Origin: Terriglobia bacterium
GTDB lineage: Bacteria; Acidobacteriota; Terriglobia; 20CM-2-55-15
DNA length: 64,000 nt
NCBI GenBank assembly: GCA_965218585.1
Contig: CBDCLE010000002.1
Span: 32,001 to 96,000 of the forward strand
Direction: 5' to 3'
Shown: piece after piece, positions 10,624 to 20,715 of the stretch
How the letters are laid out: every line of letters starts with the position of its first letter
How positions within the stretch are numbered: position 1 is the first letter of the stretch
Made by a program: the position numbers and the translations under genes
The notes under the pieces: model-generated
The model's input: the letters and a program-made list of their open reading frames with translations, nothing else
What the model was told of the DNA's origin: nothing
Database searches by the model: none

Positions 10624-11586
10624 TTAATCCTGAGTTTCCCAGAGGGCCGTACTCATATACCGTTCACCGATATCGTTGAGTAAGGTGACGATCACTCCCT
10701 CGCCTATCCGACGCGCTGTTTCGTACACACCCTGAAGGTAGGCCCCGGAAGATTGCCCGGCAAACAAACCGTAACGGGCCATAAGCGCGCACATTCTTGC
10801 TGAGTCGTCACTGGAAACGCGGACCTTGGCATCGACCACACTGGTATCTAGAATTTTCGGGATGATATCGCCCGGGGCCTCCAGCGGTTTCAGCCCTTCG
10901 ATTCCGGGAAAGTCTTCGGGGATGATCTGCACTATTTCCACACCGGGAAGCTCTTCTTTCAATCGCTTTCCCACACCCGTCAAAGTGCCGCCTGTTCCGA
11001 CGCCCGTCACGAAATGCGTAACATTGCCTTCTGTCTGAGCCAGAATTTCCGAAGCAGTCGTGTGATAGTGAGCCAGCCAGTTGTTGTCATTCGAATACTG
11101 ATCGCAATGAAAGAAGCGATCGGATTCAGAGGCGGCGATTCGATGGCACTCGCGCAGCGCTTCGTCGTAACCCTCAATCGGGTCTGTCTCGATCAATGTT
11201 GCACCATGCGACCGAATCCGCAGTTTGCGTTCGCTACTTGCGTTGCCGGGAATGACAATGTGGACCGGGACCTCCATCATCGCGCCGATCATCGCGTAAG
11301 CGATCCCGGCATTACCGGAACTGGAATCCAGGATCGCCCGACCATCCGAGAGTTCACCGGCCAACTTTGCCTCCAGCAACATTCTGCGCACCGGCCGGTC
11401 CTTCAGACTTCCACCGGGATTGGTGTACTCAGTCTTGGCGTAAACGCGAACACGGGGAAACTCCTCGCGAAAGCACGGAATTTCGACCATCCTCGTGTTC
11501 CCGATCAGATCGAGAAGAGGGTATCTCCTATGCATTTCGGTGTAGCGTTCTTCGACCGGGATTGTTGCGGACAAGCTGAAACTCAC
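10624..11586 (-). CDS. PLP-dependent cysteine synthase family protein (CysK/CysM-like)
   Basis: NPGGSLKDR, SSSGNAG, DQYSN, GVGTGGT, GQSSGA, ERYMST. Confidence 0.9.
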   Translation of the reverse strand: MSFSLSATIPVEERYTEMHRRYPLLDLIGNTRMVEIPCFREEFPRVRVYAKTEYTNPGGSLKDRPVRRMLLEAKLAGELSDGRAILDSSSGNAGIAYAMIGAMMEVPVHIVIPGNASSERKLRIRSHGATLIETDPIEGYDEALRECHRIAASESDRFFHCDQYSNDNNWLAHYHTTASEILAQTEGNVTHFVTGVGTGGTLTGVGKRLKEELPGVEIVQIIPEDFPGIEGLKPLEAPGDIIPKILDTSVVDAKVRVSSDDSARMCALMARYGLFAGQSSGAYLQGVYETARRIGEGVIVTLLNDIGERYMSTALWETQD

Positions 11587-11662
11587 AGGTTTTCTCCCTA
11601 TCTAACCATCAACCGATAAGTTTACCGCAAGTGAAGATGCGTTGCAGGAGGGGCCGACAGAG

Positions 11663-11941
11663 CTAGTTCGCAGCGCGTGCGCGCGAATCAGAGGACTTCT
11701 CGAAAAATACGGATGAGCAGATCCTGACGATCGCACGCCACAATCCCTTCACAAAAGGAGTCGCTTCGACCAGGACGGGCTCTTCTTCATCGATCGAATA
11801 GGAGCGTCGCTTAGCCAGTTGCTTAACTGTTTCGTGGTAGGCGAATACGTTGCAATGGACGCAACGCAGGAGTGGATCGTGCACTTCCAGAACGGGCAGA
11901 AACAGGTGGTCGGTCGACTTACAAATCGATGACTCTTGCAT
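11663..11941 (-). CDS. Small hypothetical protein (C-x4-H...CxxC)
   Basis: Fills the intergenic gap upstream of the cysteine synthase; no family recognised. Confidence 0.4.
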   Translation of the reverse strand: MQESSICKSTDHLFLPVLEVHDPLLRCVHCNVFAYHETVKQLAKRRSYSIDEEEPVLVEATPFVKGLWRAIVRICSSVFFEKSSDSRARAAN

Positions 11942-12033
11942 ACCCAAACTTGAATATAACACGAGAGAACGCCATTACGACGCGTCGAAATGACTTCAAC
12001 CCGAAGTTAAACGTACGAAACGAAGAGGAGGAA

Positions 12034-12058
12034 TCAACGCAGAGGCGCAGAGACGCAG
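12034..12058. repeat. Left arm of a CGCAGAG-type palindromic (REP-like) element; right arm at 13913..13938
   Basis: TCAACGCAGAGGCGCAGAGACGCAG versus reverse complement TCAACGCAGAGACGCAGAGAACGCAG. A related hairpin lies at ~20603..20677. Confidence 0.7.
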
Positions 12059-12152
12059 GGGAAGAGACAGTTAGGTTGTTTAAATTTGGCCCGACGCAAA
12101 CTGTCTGGGTCGGCAAGAAACTGTTGAAAATCGATCGAGTTCGCACGCCTAG

Positions 12153-13889
12153 CCCGCATATTTCACCGATAGGACCAGAAAAGGCCGCCCTGTCTGGCAT
12201 AAAGCGTTTTGAAATAAACGTTTAACAAGCCAAACGGAGACGGCCCTTATGAGAACAGAGTGTAACCAAACGACGTTCGAATTTCACGGACTTCTTCAAC
12301 GAAAAGTGAAGGCGCGTTTTGACGGCGGAAAGATCACCTCCGACGCTGGGGTTCTGCTGTTGAGGGAAGTGGAAAAGCGAACGGGTCTGATCGCCGGACT
12401 GGCCGAGTGTTTCAGGGATTACCGGGACGCGAGGTTGATCGAACACACGGTGAGCGAGTTATTGGGGCAGCGCGTCTACGGACTCTGTCTGGGCTACGAG
12501 GATCTGAACGATCATGACCAACTGCGGACCGATCCGATGCTGGCCGTGGCGGTGGATAAGGCCGATCCACTGGGGGAGAAGCGGCGGCAGGCCCGAGACC
12601 GGGGAAAAGCGTTGGCGGGCAAGTGTACGCTGAACCGGTTGGAACTGACCGGGGAGCAAGTCGATGGGAAGGAGCGGTACAAGAAGATTGCCATGGACCC
12701 GGACAAGATCGACCGCTGGATGGTGGATGCATTTGTGGCGGCTCACGGATCGGCGCCCGAGGAGATTGTTCTGGACCTGGATGCGACCGATGATCCGATC
12801 CATGGCCATCAGGAAGGACGGTTCTTTCACGGCTACTACGGCAACTACTGTTATCTGCCGCTCTACATCTTTTCGGGAGAGCATCTGCTATGCGCCCGGT
12901 TGCGGTGCTCCAATGTCGACGGTGCGGACGGCGCCGTCGAGGAATTGAACCGCATCATCGGCCAGATCCGGCAGAGCTGGCCGGAGGTGTCGATTATCAT
13001 CCGGGCCGACTCGGGCTTTTGCCGGGATGAATTGCTGAGTTGGTGCGAGGCCCACCAGGTCGATTACGTGGTGGGTCTGGCCAAGAACGATCGGCTCAAG
13101 CGCGAGATCGCTGAATCGATGAGTCAGGCCGAAGCCGAGTTTAACGACACCGGGAAACCGGCGCGGGTGTTTAACGATTTCCGGTATCGCACTCGGAAGA
13201 GCTGGACCTGCACCCGACGCGTCATCGGCAAGGCCGAGTTCCTGGAGAAAGGCGCCAATCCTCGATTCGTTGTGACCTCACTGTCGCCGGAACGCCTGGA
13301 CGCCCGCGCCCTCTATGAAGACTTTTACTGTGCGCGGGGCGACATGGAAAATCGCATCAAGGAACAGCAGTTGGATCTATTCGCCGACCGGACCAGCGCG
13401 GCAACCATGCGCGCCAATCAACTCCGGCTCTATCTGTCCTCGGCCGCCTACATGCTCCTGCACGCGTTACGCCGTCTGGGACTGAAGAATACCGATCTGG
13501 CCCGCGCTCAGTGCCAGACGATCCGCTTGAAGCTCCTCAAGATCGGAGCTCAAGTCCGTCTGACGGTTCGCAACATCTGGATCTCCATGTCGGAAGCCTA
13601 TCCCTACGCCGAGGTCTTTGCCCTCGTCCATCGAAACCTGCAGGCGCTTCCTCTGCGCTGCTGAGAACCGACCCGATCCCCTGCGCCAAAATCGACTCGC
13701 TCTTTTCGGCTCCGCCGAGGTTTGTCTCAGTGCGTTTCGTCACCCTCTTCTGAACCCGAAAACGCAGCAACTCCCGCTTGTCGACACCGCCGAGTCACGC
13801 CACACATGCCCAATTCGAACCCAGATCCTCCCGAATCCGATTCTTACTGCCCAAATCCCCCTGATCGCCGGACTGGTGAAACATGCGGG
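12153..13889 (+). mobile_element. IS1380-family insertion sequence, copy 2 (1737 bp)
   Basis: Same IRs as copy 1; CTAG at 12149-12152 and 13890-13893. Confidence 0.95.
12249..13664 (+). CDS. IS1380 transposase (intact motifs)
   Basis: LDLDATDD, RADSGF and MENRIKE are all present. Confidence 0.95.
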   Translation: MRTECNQTTFEFHGLLQRKVKARFDGGKITSDAGVLLLREVEKRTGLIAGLAECFRDYRDARLIEHTVSELLGQRVYGLCLGYEDLNDHDQLRTDPMLAVAVDKADPLGEKRRQARDRGKALAGKCTLNRLELTGEQVDGKERYKKIAMDPDKIDRWMVDAFVAAHGSAPEEIVLDLDATDDPIHGHQEGRFFHGYYGNYCYLPLYIFSGEHLLCARLRCSNVDGADGAVEELNRIIGQIRQSWPEVSIIIRADSGFCRDELLSWCEAHQVDYVVGLAKNDRLKREIAESMSQAEAEFNDTGKPARVFNDFRYRTRKSWTCTRRVIGKAEFLEKGANPRFVVTSLSPERLDARALYEDFYCARGDMENRIKEQQLDLFADRTSAATMRANQLRLYLSSAAYMLLHALRRLGLKNTDLARAQCQTIRLKLLKIGAQVRLTVRNIWISMSEAYPYAEVFALVHRNLQALPLRC

Positions 13890-13944
13890 CTAGTGCGGAC
13901 AGCCTAGAACGTCTGCGTTCTCTGCGTCTCTGCGTTGAAATAAG

Positions 13945-15333
13945 TTAACGGAGGGGGTCGTCGGTGATGCCCTGGACGCGGGTGAGGAACAGAATGAGAT
14001 CGGACTTTGTGATGATGTCGAAGCCATCTCCCAACTGAACGAGAACGGCCGTCGTGTTTTCTTTCATGTGTTCGGCAACCAGGTTGATAGAGGCATCCCC
14101 GGGCAAGATCGGAAACGGTTCTTCCATATATTCGGCTACCGGCTTGCTCCGGGCTCCCGGATCGGAAACCAGGATGTCCAGAATGCGCGCCTCGCTTATG
14201 CTTCCCATAACGTCATCTTCAATCACGGGAATCTGAGATATCGCATGCTCGCGCATCAGGCCAACTGCGTCCTGAATGGATGTCGCCAGCGGAATTGAGA
14301 GGAGCCCCTCAGTCCGGCGCTTTTTACTCTCCACGACTTCACTCGCCCGAACGTTCAGCAACTGTTCCAGATACTGATTCTCCCTCATCCAGTTGTCGTT
14401 GTAAATCTTGCTCAGATACCGGGTGCCGGAGTCCGCTACGATCACTACCATCAGGGCACTCTCATCGAGTCCGGCGGCACACTCGAGCGCTACATGGACG
14501 ACCGAGCCGGACGAGCCACCGGCGAAGATGCCCTCCATCCGGGATAGTCTTCGAGTCATGACAAACGAATCCTTGTCGGACACCGGATGCATTTCGTCGA
14601 CAACCGAGAAGTCCATGTTGAGCGGCTTCTGGTCTTGCCCTATACCTTCCACCTTGTACGGTTGGGGTTCGGGTCTCTTGCCCGTTCTAAACATCTCGAC
14701 AAAAATCGATCCTACCGGGTCTACTCCGATGACACGGACGTCCGGATTCTTTTCCTTGAGGAAACGAGCTACACCGCTGATCGTCCCTCCGGTACCCGCT
14801 CCAACAACGACATGCGTCAGGCGGCCTTCGGTTTGTTCCCAGATCTCGGGACCCGTCGTCCTGTAATGGGCCTCGCTGTTGGACATGTTTGAATACTGGT
14901 CTGGGAAGAAACTGTTTGGGATTTCCCGAGTCAGTCGGCGCGCGACGGAATGGTAACTGCGGGGATCATCGTGCTCCACCTGCGTCGGCGTGACGATGAC
15001 TTCCGCGCCGAGGGCTCTGAGCGCATCGATCTTCTCCTGACTCATCTTGTCCGGCATCGTAAAAATGGACTTGTATCCCTTAACAGCTGCCGCAAGTGCG
15101 AGCCCCATTCCCGTGTTGCCCGAGGTCCCTTCGATTATCGTGCCTCCGGGCTTGATTTGCCCCCGGTTCTCTGCGTCCTCGATCATTTGAATTCCAATGC
15201 GATCCTTGACGCTGCCCCCGGGATTCATGTATTCGAGCTTGGCGAGAATGGTAGGAGCCAACCCCCGCGTCACCTTGTTCAGGCGAACCAGAGGCGTGTT
15301 GCCAATCACGCCCAGAATGTTTTCATGCCACAT
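13945..15333 (-). CDS. cbs: Cystathionine beta-synthase with C-terminal CBS domains
   Basis: NPGGSVKDR, EGTSGNTG, MPDKMSQEK, YKVEGIG, RYLSKIYNDNWM, CBS pair (ISQIPV...IITKSDL). Confidence 0.9.
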   Translation of the reverse strand: MWHENILGVIGNTPLVRLNKVTRGLAPTILAKLEYMNPGGSVKDRIGIQMIEDAENRGQIKPGGTIIEGTSGNTGMGLALAAAVKGYKSIFTMPDKMSQEKIDALRALGAEVIVTPTQVEHDDPRSYHSVARRLTREIPNSFFPDQYSNMSNSEAHYRTTGPEIWEQTEGRLTHVVVGAGTGGTISGVARFLKEKNPDVRVIGVDPVGSIFVEMFRTGKRPEPQPYKVEGIGQDQKPLNMDFSVVDEMHPVSDKDSFVMTRRLSRMEGIFAGGSSGSVVHVALECAAGLDESALMVVIVADSGTRYLSKIYNDNWMRENQYLEQLLNVRASEVVESKKRRTEGLLSIPLATSIQDAVGLMREHAISQIPVIEDDVMGSISEARILDILVSDPGARSKPVAEYMEEPFPILPGDASINLVAEHMKENTTAVLVQLGDGFDIITKSDLILFLTRVQGITDDPLR

Positions 15334-15419
15334 ATGAGAGACTCGGGACAGAGCCCTTTTCGTTCGGCGAATGGGAAGTCGGAGAGTTACCAATCGGGGA
15401 AACTGGCGCCGGAACTTTC

Positions 15420-16469
15420 TTAACGCTTCGACGCGCCCTGAGCCTTACGCGTTTTCCTCTTGGACTTCGCGCCCGACGGAGCCACCGTAACTTCAACGCG
15501 ATAGTTGTCCAGCATCCGGGCCAGATCGGTTTCGAGACGCCTGCGCAGCTTCTCCGGTGACAGGACGAGTGCGGATGGGCCGAAACTCAGTATCCAGGCA
15601 CCCAGTTCGAATTCCCCACCGACATGGAGGTGCATTACGATTTCACCACCACCCACTTCACGAACTTCTTGTGACGGGTGCCATAAGCGGGATCGCACAT
15701 ACGAGGCCACATCCGGCTTGAAAAGAATCTCGACGTCAAAGGGATCTTCTTTTACAAGACCGAACGACGACTCCAGGTAGGTTTCAACTGAAAAATCGGA
15801 CGGTTTTTCGAACGTGTCGGCTAGTTTTTCGAGCTCCTCGATTCTCTCGACCGCGAAGGTGCGAATCTGATCGTATTCCTCCACGTAACCGAACAGATAG
15901 AGGCCACCACGGAAATACATCAATCGATATGGATGGACCGTATAGGTCTTCCGCTTCTGGCTGTGGACCGAGAAGTAGTCCATTTGGATACGATGGTCTT
16001 CACTCATCGAGTCCATCAGTGTTCGGACGGTGTGCTTGTGCGCCTCAAGATCCTTGGGTGCATCGGCACGAACTGAAATCATCGAGTCCAGATTATCGAA
16101 GAAAGAAATGTTCTTTTCAGGCAACGCACCTTCGATTTTCTTGAAAGCCGAATCTATGTCTCCGGAGAAGGGAGGTGCGGCCAGGGCTCCGACAACGTTC
16201 CTGCTGAAATACAGCGCTGCCAGTTCGGACAGGGAGAGGTTCGCTAAAGGAAGTCCCTTGTACTCTTCGGCCAGCCGCCAATAAACCTTCCCTTCGTACC
16301 GGTCGTCATAGAGGGGGAACCCCGCTTCCATCAAAGCCGCCAGATCCCGGCGAATAGTCTTCGTCGAAACAGTATGGTGGGAAGCCAGATCGGGAATCGT
16401 GCTCCAGCGTGTGCTCTCGATCTGTTTGAGGATCGCCCATTGGCGAATCAACTGTGCGTTGCGTCCCAT
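15420..16469 (-). CDS. WYL-domain transcriptional regulator (YafY/PafB-like; HTH-WYL-WCX)
   Basis: HTH VSTKTIRRDLAAL, VHPYRL..GGLYLFGY..IRTFAVERI, WHPSQ, WILSFG. RBS GGAGG. Confidence 0.92.
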   Translation of the reverse strand: MGRNAQLIRQWAILKQIESTRWSTIPDLASHHTVSTKTIRRDLAALMEAGFPLYDDRYEGKVYWRLAEEYKGLPLANLSLSELAALYFSRNVVGALAAPPFSGDIDSAFKKIEGALPEKNISFFDNLDSMISVRADAPKDLEAHKHTVRTLMDSMSEDHRIQMDYFSVHSQKRKTYTVHPYRLMYFRGGLYLFGYVEEYDQIRTFAVERIEELEKLADTFEKPSDFSVETYLESSFGLVKEDPFDVEILFKPDVASYVRSRLWHPSQEVREVGGGEIVMHLHVGGEFELGAWILSFGPSALVLSPEKLRRRLETDLARMLDNYRVEVTVAPSGAKSKRKTRKAQGASKR

Positions 16470-16520
16470 GTTCAAACCTCCCTGCCGGATTGTAGTACCA
16501 GAACGGGACTCGGTAGTCGT

Positions 16521-16850
16521 CTATGGCCGTGGAGTCATGAAGACGAGTAATACCAGATTATCTTCACTTTCGTTTCTAACGCCGTGCTCTTCTGAGGGGC
16601 GCGCAATAATGGCATCCCCGGTAGTGCACTCGCGTTCTTTTCCTGCGATGTGGAGCGTTCCCCGCCCTTCGATCACGTAGTAGATCTTGTCGGATTCGGA
16701 GTGGCTGTGAATTCGCTGCTCCTGTCCCGGCTGGAGGCAGTACAGGTCACAGAAGTACTTCTCGGATCCGAAAAGAGGCACTTTCTGCATTTTCTCATCG
16801 GAAAACCTGACCAGCCGGCGCACATCCTTGAATGTATCGCCAAGATCCAC
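16521..16850 (-). CDS. Cupin domain protein
   Basis: LQPGQEQRIHSH..YYVIEGRG..EEHGVRN. Confidence 0.88.
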   Translation of the reverse strand: MDLGDTFKDVRRLVRFSDEKMQKVPLFGSEKYFCDLYCLQPGQEQRIHSHSESDKIYYVIEGRGTLHIAGKERECTTGDAIIARPSEEHGVRNESEDNLVLLVFMTPRP

Positions 16851-16855
16851 GGAGC

Positions 16856-19219
16856 CTATTGTAGTGGATAGACCTTCGCCTCGGGCACAATTTCCTCAAC
16901 GAGTTCCAGCAGGTGAGGGTGGCAGGTAAAAAGCAGTATTTGGTGGGTCTGGGAAAGCTCGCGGACAGCTTCGACCGAGCGCCGGGTCCGCTGGGGATCA
17001 AAGTTGACGAATATATCGTCAAATATCACCGGAAGTGGTTCCACGTGTCGGGAGTATTCCCGGACAAGAGCCAATCGCATAGAGAGGTAGAGTTGTTCCC
17101 CAGTCCCTCGACTCAGGTTCTCAGGGGAAACGCGGGCTCCATCAGCAGATTCCACGTAGATCTGGTCCCCCTCCAGTCCAGCAACAACACGACCCCATCG
17201 ATCTTCCGACATCTTGCGAAAGAATTCAGAAGCGTGCCGAAGCACCTCCGGCTGCCTCTCGGTCTCATATACGCGCCGCGTCTCATCCAGCAAGGTACGG
17301 CAGAGTGTCAGAACCGCCCACTCCTCAGAAGCTTCATCGATCCTGGCCAGAATGGACTCCTGACGAAGCCTGGCGCGTGAACGATCCTCGCTTCGGCCCA
17401 AGGCTCTCACCCTTTCATCCAGTCTCCCGGCCTCGGTCCGTGCCACTCCGAGCTCCTCTTCGGTCTGTTCAAGTTCGGCGACCGTTTTCAGATGGGCTTG
17501 CTGATCAAACGCTTCTATATCCTGCGTTTCCGGAGCCGTACCGACTTCCATCACAGGTGTCCGTGCCAACTCGTCGAGCAGCTGTTTTCTCTGGCGAAAC
17601 ACCTCGGCCCTCAGGAAGAACTCGGTTTCCGAGGTCGAGCCGCCCTTCTTGAACAAAGCCGCTATGTTTCGCTTGTTTTCCTCGATCCTGTGGCCAATAC
17701 GATCTCGCTGCTGGTCTTCGTTCGCCAACCTTTCGTCTATCGAACGGATACGATCCGCTATTTCCGTCAGTTCCTGAATCCTCAGGTTCTCTTTTTCCAG
17801 ATCCACGTAGGAACAGTCTCCCCGACCGCTCAATCCCTCGATCGTCCGGAAAATTTTCTGGCATTCGACCTCCAGCCGTGTCAGATCCTCCTCGGACGAC
17901 CGCAGAGCCCTTATCCGTGCCATGAGCTCGTGGTCCATCTGGGCTGTCTTCCGGTCCCTCGAGTAGTACCAGACACCGACCAGGGCCAGCGCCACAGCAA
18001 CCAGCGTCCCAGCTAACGTCTGTTCAGCCGTAAACAGACCCACACCGCCTACAGCCACGATGGCTATGAAAACGATGGTCGCCAATCCTGATGGCGGTCG
18101 GTTTCGGTCCCGCCGCACCCGGATTTCGTCTATCTCATTCCGAACACCTTCCCTCCTGGCCCCAGCCTCGGCAACTCTTTCCTCTGCCAGATCTCGCCGC
18201 GGCAGGAGAGAACGGAGTGAATCCACCCCGCGGCTGCGTCGAATCAACTCCTGCGGCGTGTACTTCGACGCCAGTTCGAGCCGTTCTGCGCGTACTCTCT
18301 CAGCTTCGATTCGCTGATCCTCCAACTCTTCTTCGAGCCCACGTCCCTGGTGCAACAGCAGATTCAATTGCTCGATCCCGCCGTTGGGAAAGTGATCGAT
18401 CTGATCGAGCTGGCCCAACGACTGTTCGATTTCGGCCCTCCGCCTCTGATGCGGCTCGGCTTCCTCGAGTTTGGCGTAGTGAGAAATTCGTTTCCTCAAC
18501 CGTTGGGAGCTTTCTTCCAACCTGTGGATCTCCCCGTCCAGGGAAACACGCTGCTGGTGCGCGGCCACATAGTCTTCGGGATCGCCTTCTGTTTCTTCCA
18601 GCTCATTCCTGACCGAATCGAGCTCTTTTAATGCGCGGTTGATCGTAGAATTCTGGCCGCGAGGGAGAAACAGGTTGCTGCGTCGTTCTTCGATGTCTTT
18701 CCATACACGGCTCCAGCGGGTCGCACCGACGCCCATCCCAGCACCGGATATATGCGAAGCTACATCGCTTTCCTCCAGCGTCCGAAAATGCTCCAGTTCC
18801 TCCAGGCCGAAAGCAAAAACGTTGTGATAGAGGGTTCGGGTCGTCCCTCCCAGCAGGCGCTCGAGCACCTGTTCATCACTGTCCTTGGTTTCAGGAGGCG
18901 AGGACTCAGGTTCTGATTCACTGAAATGAAGCCCGACTTCTCCCCGAACGTGACGACCTGCCTTTCTCTTAATTTGAATCTTTCGTCCGTCGGCCAAAAC
19001 GTCGAGAGTCCCGCCGTGGTTGCCTCCTCGCAACGGTTCATATCGACGCGGATGCGTGCGCCGCTCAAAACCGAAAAGAATCGAACGCACAAAACTCATT
19101 AGAGTCGTCTTTCCGGTTTCGTTCGGCCCGTGGAAGACATTGAGAGTCGGCGAGAGCTGGGACCAGTCACGATCGTTCCAGACACCGAAGCCATCTATAT
19201 GAATGTCGGAAATCTTCAT
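16856..19219 (-). CDS. YhaN-like SMC/Rad50-type ATPase with internal TM hairpin
   Basis: Walker A GPNETGKTT, signature LSRGT, Walker B/D-loop IFDDIFVNFD, H-loop FTCH, long coiled coils. Confidence 0.88.
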   Translation of the reverse strand: MKISDIHIDGFGVWNDRDWSQLSPTLNVFHGPNETGKTTLMSFVRSILFGFERRTHPRRYEPLRGGNHGGTLDVLADGRKIQIKRKAGRHVRGEVGLHFSESEPESSPPETKDSDEQVLERLLGGTTRTLYHNVFAFGLEELEHFRTLEESDVASHISGAGMGVGATRWSRVWKDIEERRSNLFLPRGQNSTINRALKELDSVRNELEETEGDPEDYVAAHQQRVSLDGEIHRLEESSQRLRKRISHYAKLEEAEPHQRRRAEIEQSLGQLDQIDHFPNGGIEQLNLLLHQGRGLEEELEDQRIEAERVRAERLELASKYTPQELIRRSRGVDSLRSLLPRRDLAEERVAEAGARREGVRNEIDEIRVRRDRNRPPSGLATIVFIAIVAVGGVGLFTAEQTLAGTLVAVALALVGVWYYSRDRKTAQMDHELMARIRALRSSEEDLTRLEVECQKIFRTIEGLSGRGDCSYVDLEKENLRIQELTEIADRIRSIDERLANEDQQRDRIGHRIEENKRNIAALFKKGGSTSETEFFLRAEVFRQRKQLLDELARTPVMEVGTAPETQDIEAFDQQAHLKTVAELEQTEEELGVARTEAGRLDERVRALGRSEDRSRARLRQESILARIDEASEEWAVLTLCRTLLDETRRVYETERQPEVLRHASEFFRKMSEDRWGRVVAGLEGDQIYVESADGARVSPENLSRGTGEQLYLSMRLALVREYSRHVEPLPVIFDDIFVNFDPQRTRRSVEAVRELSQTHQILLFTCHPHLLELVEEIVPEAKVYPLQ

Positions 19220-19233
19220 CGGTAAAAATTCTT

Positions 19234-19291
19234 CTGTAGGTGCAGTCTATGACTGCACAGTTGATTGTGCGCTCCGAGAGCGCACCTACAG
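19234..19291. repeat. GTAG-type REP doublet (inverted pair)
   Basis: CTGTAG-GTGCAGTC-TAT-GACTGCAC and, inverted, CTGTAG-GTGCGCTC-TCG-GAGCGCAC. A third copy lies at 21936..21960. Confidence 0.75.
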
Positions 19292-19294
19292 TTG

Positions 19295-20512
19295 TTACGG
19301 ATTTAGCAGCAGGTCAACCCCGAGCCCGCCGGCTTTTTCAATCCACTCTGCGACGCGATCCGGGTCGGGTGCCCCGAGCCCCTGTTTCCTGAACAAAGGC
19401 TTGAGGCTCTCGGCAAGGTATTCCCTGTAGGCGGGGTCTTCACGTGCCTTCTCGATCAAACCAACCAGGTCTCCTACCAGAGGTTCGGTCTCCATCAGGC
19501 GGACGCGGTCGACCTCGGGACCGGTAACGATACGCAGAGATTCGATGTCGTATTCCGCCCCCAGTTCGTGTTGCAACTGCTCCCGGACACCGTCTCGCCC
19601 GAGATCGGTGTGCAGCGATCCGTTGCCTATCAGACGGCACCTAATCACTGTCGCACCCTCGAACTCTCCTGCAATCTCTCCGGCACTTTCGCGCAACCCG
19701 TCTACAAGGCCGTCCATACGGGTGTGTTCTGTGATGGAAACATCCAACCGAGCCCACCTGACAACGTCCGTTTCGACAAACCTCAGCTTTGTTCGACCGT
19801 TGGCATCGACGTCCACCTGAAAACAGCCTCTGGGTCCCGTTTCACGCGCGTGGCGCCCTTGTGGATTTCCCGGATATACAATCGCAGGTGAAGAGGAAAG
19901 AACCGCGCCTGTATGAACGTGGCCGAGAGCCCAGTAGTCGAAACCGGCGTCTCGGAGATCGGTGATCGGGGCCGGCGCGTAATCTGCATGTCCGGACTGG
20001 TGACCGATGTTCGCATGCAGCATCGCGATCGAATAAGCTCCTCCCGGCGTGGGCACGAATGACTTCGCGAGGTTTTCGGTGACGCGTTCCTTCGTATAGC
20101 TCACACCGGAAACGCGGGCAATCTCTTCGCCGTTTCGCACGACGGGCTGCTCGCGGACTTCGCCGTCGAAAACAGTCACGTTGGCGGGCATTTTGAATTC
20201 GCTCCCCCAGCCGTTGAGAGGATCATGGTTGCCATGGACGACGTATGCACCGATCTCGCGTTCGGCCAGGCGTTCCATCTGGCGGCGGAACTCGACAAGC
20301 GCACGTAAGCTTCGATCCGACGAGTCGTAAAGGTCTCCGGCCAGAAGGACGAAGTCCGACTCCGATTCGATCGCATGATCCACAATGCGTTCCAACGCCT
20401 GGAACGTTGCCGAGTGCATCAAATCCCCGAGACGCCGCGAGGTCTGGGCCAGACCACGAAACGGGCTATCCAGATGCAGGTCGGCTGCATGGATAAACCG
20501 GAACTTTTTCAT
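19295..20512 (-). CDS. YhaO-like Mre11/SbcD metallophosphoesterase nuclease
   Basis: HAADLHLD, LAGDLYD, GNHD, ALGHVH, YPGNPQGR. Confidence 0.92.
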   Translation of the reverse strand: MKKFRFIHAADLHLDSPFRGLAQTSRRLGDLMHSATFQALERIVDHAIESESDFVLLAGDLYDSSDRSLRALVEFRRQMERLAEREIGAYVVHGNHDPLNGWGSEFKMPANVTVFDGEVREQPVVRNGEEIARVSGVSYTKERVTENLAKSFVPTPGGAYSIAMLHANIGHQSGHADYAPAPITDLRDAGFDYWALGHVHTGAVLSSSPAIVYPGNPQGRHARETGPRGCFQVDVDANGRTKLRFVETDVVRWARLDVSITEHTRMDGLVDGLRESAGEIAGEFEGATVIRCRLIGNGSLHTDLGRDGVREQLQHELGAEYDIESLRIVTGPEVDRVRLMETEPLVGDLVGLIEKAREDPAYREYLAESLKPLFRKQGLGAPDPDRVAEWIEKAGGLGVDLLLNP

Positions 20513-20715
20513 ATTATTACTCTTACAGGAAAAGCCGGACAGAACTGGTCCGAACCCAGGCTCGAGTGAAAATGCTACACTGGGGCCCGGAAACGTTCTT
20601 GACCGCAGAGGCTCGGAGGCACCGAGAAAAACCCTGTCCTTTCCTCATCTTCCGCTCGGTCCTCTGTGCCTCTGCGTATTAATTTCATAATTTCTCGGGC
20701 ACACCTGCAGCAGAC

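Noticed and set aside
5450-13889. Composite transposon formed by the two direct IS1380 copies
   Set aside because: CTAG flanks reflect target preference, and copy 2 sits between matching arms of one palindrome, so it is a simple independent insertion.
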